DNA of 64,000 nucleotides. Origin: Okamejei kenojei. Taxonomy: Eukaryota. Location: assembly GCA_035221665.1 (NCBI GenBank), contig CM069174.1:10230001-10294000 (forward strand), in the 5' to 3' direction. The notes below the pieces were generated by a model. It had not been told where the DNA came from. It saw nothing but the letters and a program-made list of their open reading frames with translations, and did no database searches. Both the position numbers and the translations under genes were made by a program. This document shows, piece by piece, positions 62,513 through 64,000 of the stretch. Positions within the stretch are counted from its first letter, which is position 1. Every line of letters starts with the position of its first letter.

Positions 62513-62611
62513 CTTTGGTGTCTCTTTGGTTAACCGTGGCCATTTTTGACCAGAATCTCCTTTTCGTAAAAAGCACAAGACAGATCTGTCTGTCCGCTTG
62601 TATCTGGAATC
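62513..62611 (-). CDS. PTGES3: PTGES3 exon (99 nt)
   Basis: gtgtAG|GAT...AAG|GTaac; DSRYKRTDRSVLCFLRKGDSGQKWPRLTKETPK with the p23 WPRLTKE signature. Upstream exons were not found in the window. Confidence 0.96.
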
Positions 62612-64000
62612 CTACACAAAGGAACAACAATGACCAGTATTATACAGATTCATACAATTAGACATTGCAGCAACTATTCTCCCAGTAAATTGTAAATAAA
62701 TCTACTCTCCAGCCCCCAAATGAGAATTTCAATACCACAAGGATTTAACAAATAATTCAACTACACTTTGCAAAAGAGACAGAGAACCACTATGGCATTT
62801 TTAGTGGAAAAATGAACGACTCCACTGATAGAATTCAATATTGATCATTAACATTGTTTCTTAACCAAGCATTGGCACAAGCATGACCAAAGTAGTAGAG
62901 GTTATTACTTATCTGGCTCATTTATTGTCCAATACTTACATTTGCTTCAATTGCATTAAAAAGATTAACTTCATTAAAATGCTTTACGTTCTCAGCTCCT
63001 CCAAGACAGCTACAATGAAAAGAGATGCCATACAAAAAAAAGTGAATTTCAATACCATGTTCTCAAATATTAAATGCCATAAAACTATAGACTTTTTAAC
63101 ATATCATGCCATATATTCTGACGCAATTCTTAAAAAAGTCATTTATCAGTACGCAAAATCCTAGATCAATAGACGTACCGCTGGAAAGAAAACATCCACA
63201 CCATTGTTTGATGTCATCTTGCCTTCAGGTATAAACTCTTTGAATGAACCAGATAGGCAAGGTGTTCAAAAGCTCCACTCTGTATCGGAGTATAAGCCCT
63301 ACACACTTGTTCCTTAAATTGTCTTCCCCACCCCACTGATATCTATTACATATCACTTTCAATATTTCAAAGAAGCTGAACATTACACACTGCAGGACAC
63401 CAAAAATACCGGAGAGGAGCAGTTAAAATATCAGTGTGGAAAAGGTTATTGGTTGAACATTTTTAATATTTTCTCTTAAATCCTGTGCAAGTATTTCTAT
63501 CATCTCTTTTCATTTCATATTTTTATTTAGGAGCCAAGGAATTAATAAACAGATTATGTTTCCAAGATGGTGTGCATCCTATCCAGAGTATCTTTCCTCA
63601 GCTATCCGCCTCCTGATGGTCTTCATGCATTCCCAATTTTATGGCATTTTTCTTAATTACCCTTATTTAGTTTAAATGTTTTTCATTTGCAATGCTTTCA
63701 GTTTTGATAAAAGCCTGAATTACAAAGACACTCTCAGCTCAGGCAACATCTACAACTAAAAACTTTTTTTTTCTCATCTGGCATCGCTCAGTTTAACTTC
63801 TTGAGAAAATTAAGGTAACGGCACAGCTAACCCTAAACCCTCTGATTCAATGTAAATACGAGGACTGGTCAAAAGTATTCATTAGGCACTTGCCACAATA
63901 AAACCATGGCAGGATCTCCTCTCTTAGTGGACTGGTGGTCATCTGAGATGTCACCTCCTCTGGAACAGGTGATCCTTGGGGACATTTACATTCAGCATGG

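Noticed and set aside
62612-64000. Search for the next upstream PTGES3 exon; ORF 62883-63164
   Set aside because: No p23-like exon found; the ORF is AT-rich, antisense and intronic.

Overview
Vertebrate genomic DNA; the repeat complement (V-SINE/HE1-type SINEs, CR1, Penelope-derived short repeats) points to a cartilaginous fish (inference). It contains three host genes. (1) The last six coding exons and long 3' UTR of ceramide synthase 5 (CERS5, + strand, 9050-36053). (2) The complete COX14 gene tail-to-tail with it (- strand; CDS 41767-41943; CpG-island promoter ~46330-46750). (3) The last five coding exons of PTGES3/p23 (- strand, 59800-62611). The window opens inside an internally deleted class I (gamma/epsilon-like) endogenous retrovirus on the - strand, with 5' LTR, tRNA-Lys PBS, duplicated gag leader, and gag fused to the RT-tether/RNase H region. 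Introns and intergenic DNA hold a Tc1 IR/DR transposon, hAT-like elements, a solo LTR, CR1 and Rex1-like fragments, V-SINEs and a Penelope RT/GIY-YIG remnant. Most interesting: a young ~95-nt mobile unit carrying a minimal hammerhead-ribozyme motif, a cryptic CERS6-like 24-nt microexon and a candidate alternative exon in the last CERS5 intron, an apparent CERS5 stop-loss extension, and the ERV architecture. Most ORFs in the supplied track are spurious. All homology calls are from memory of the families, not from database searches.
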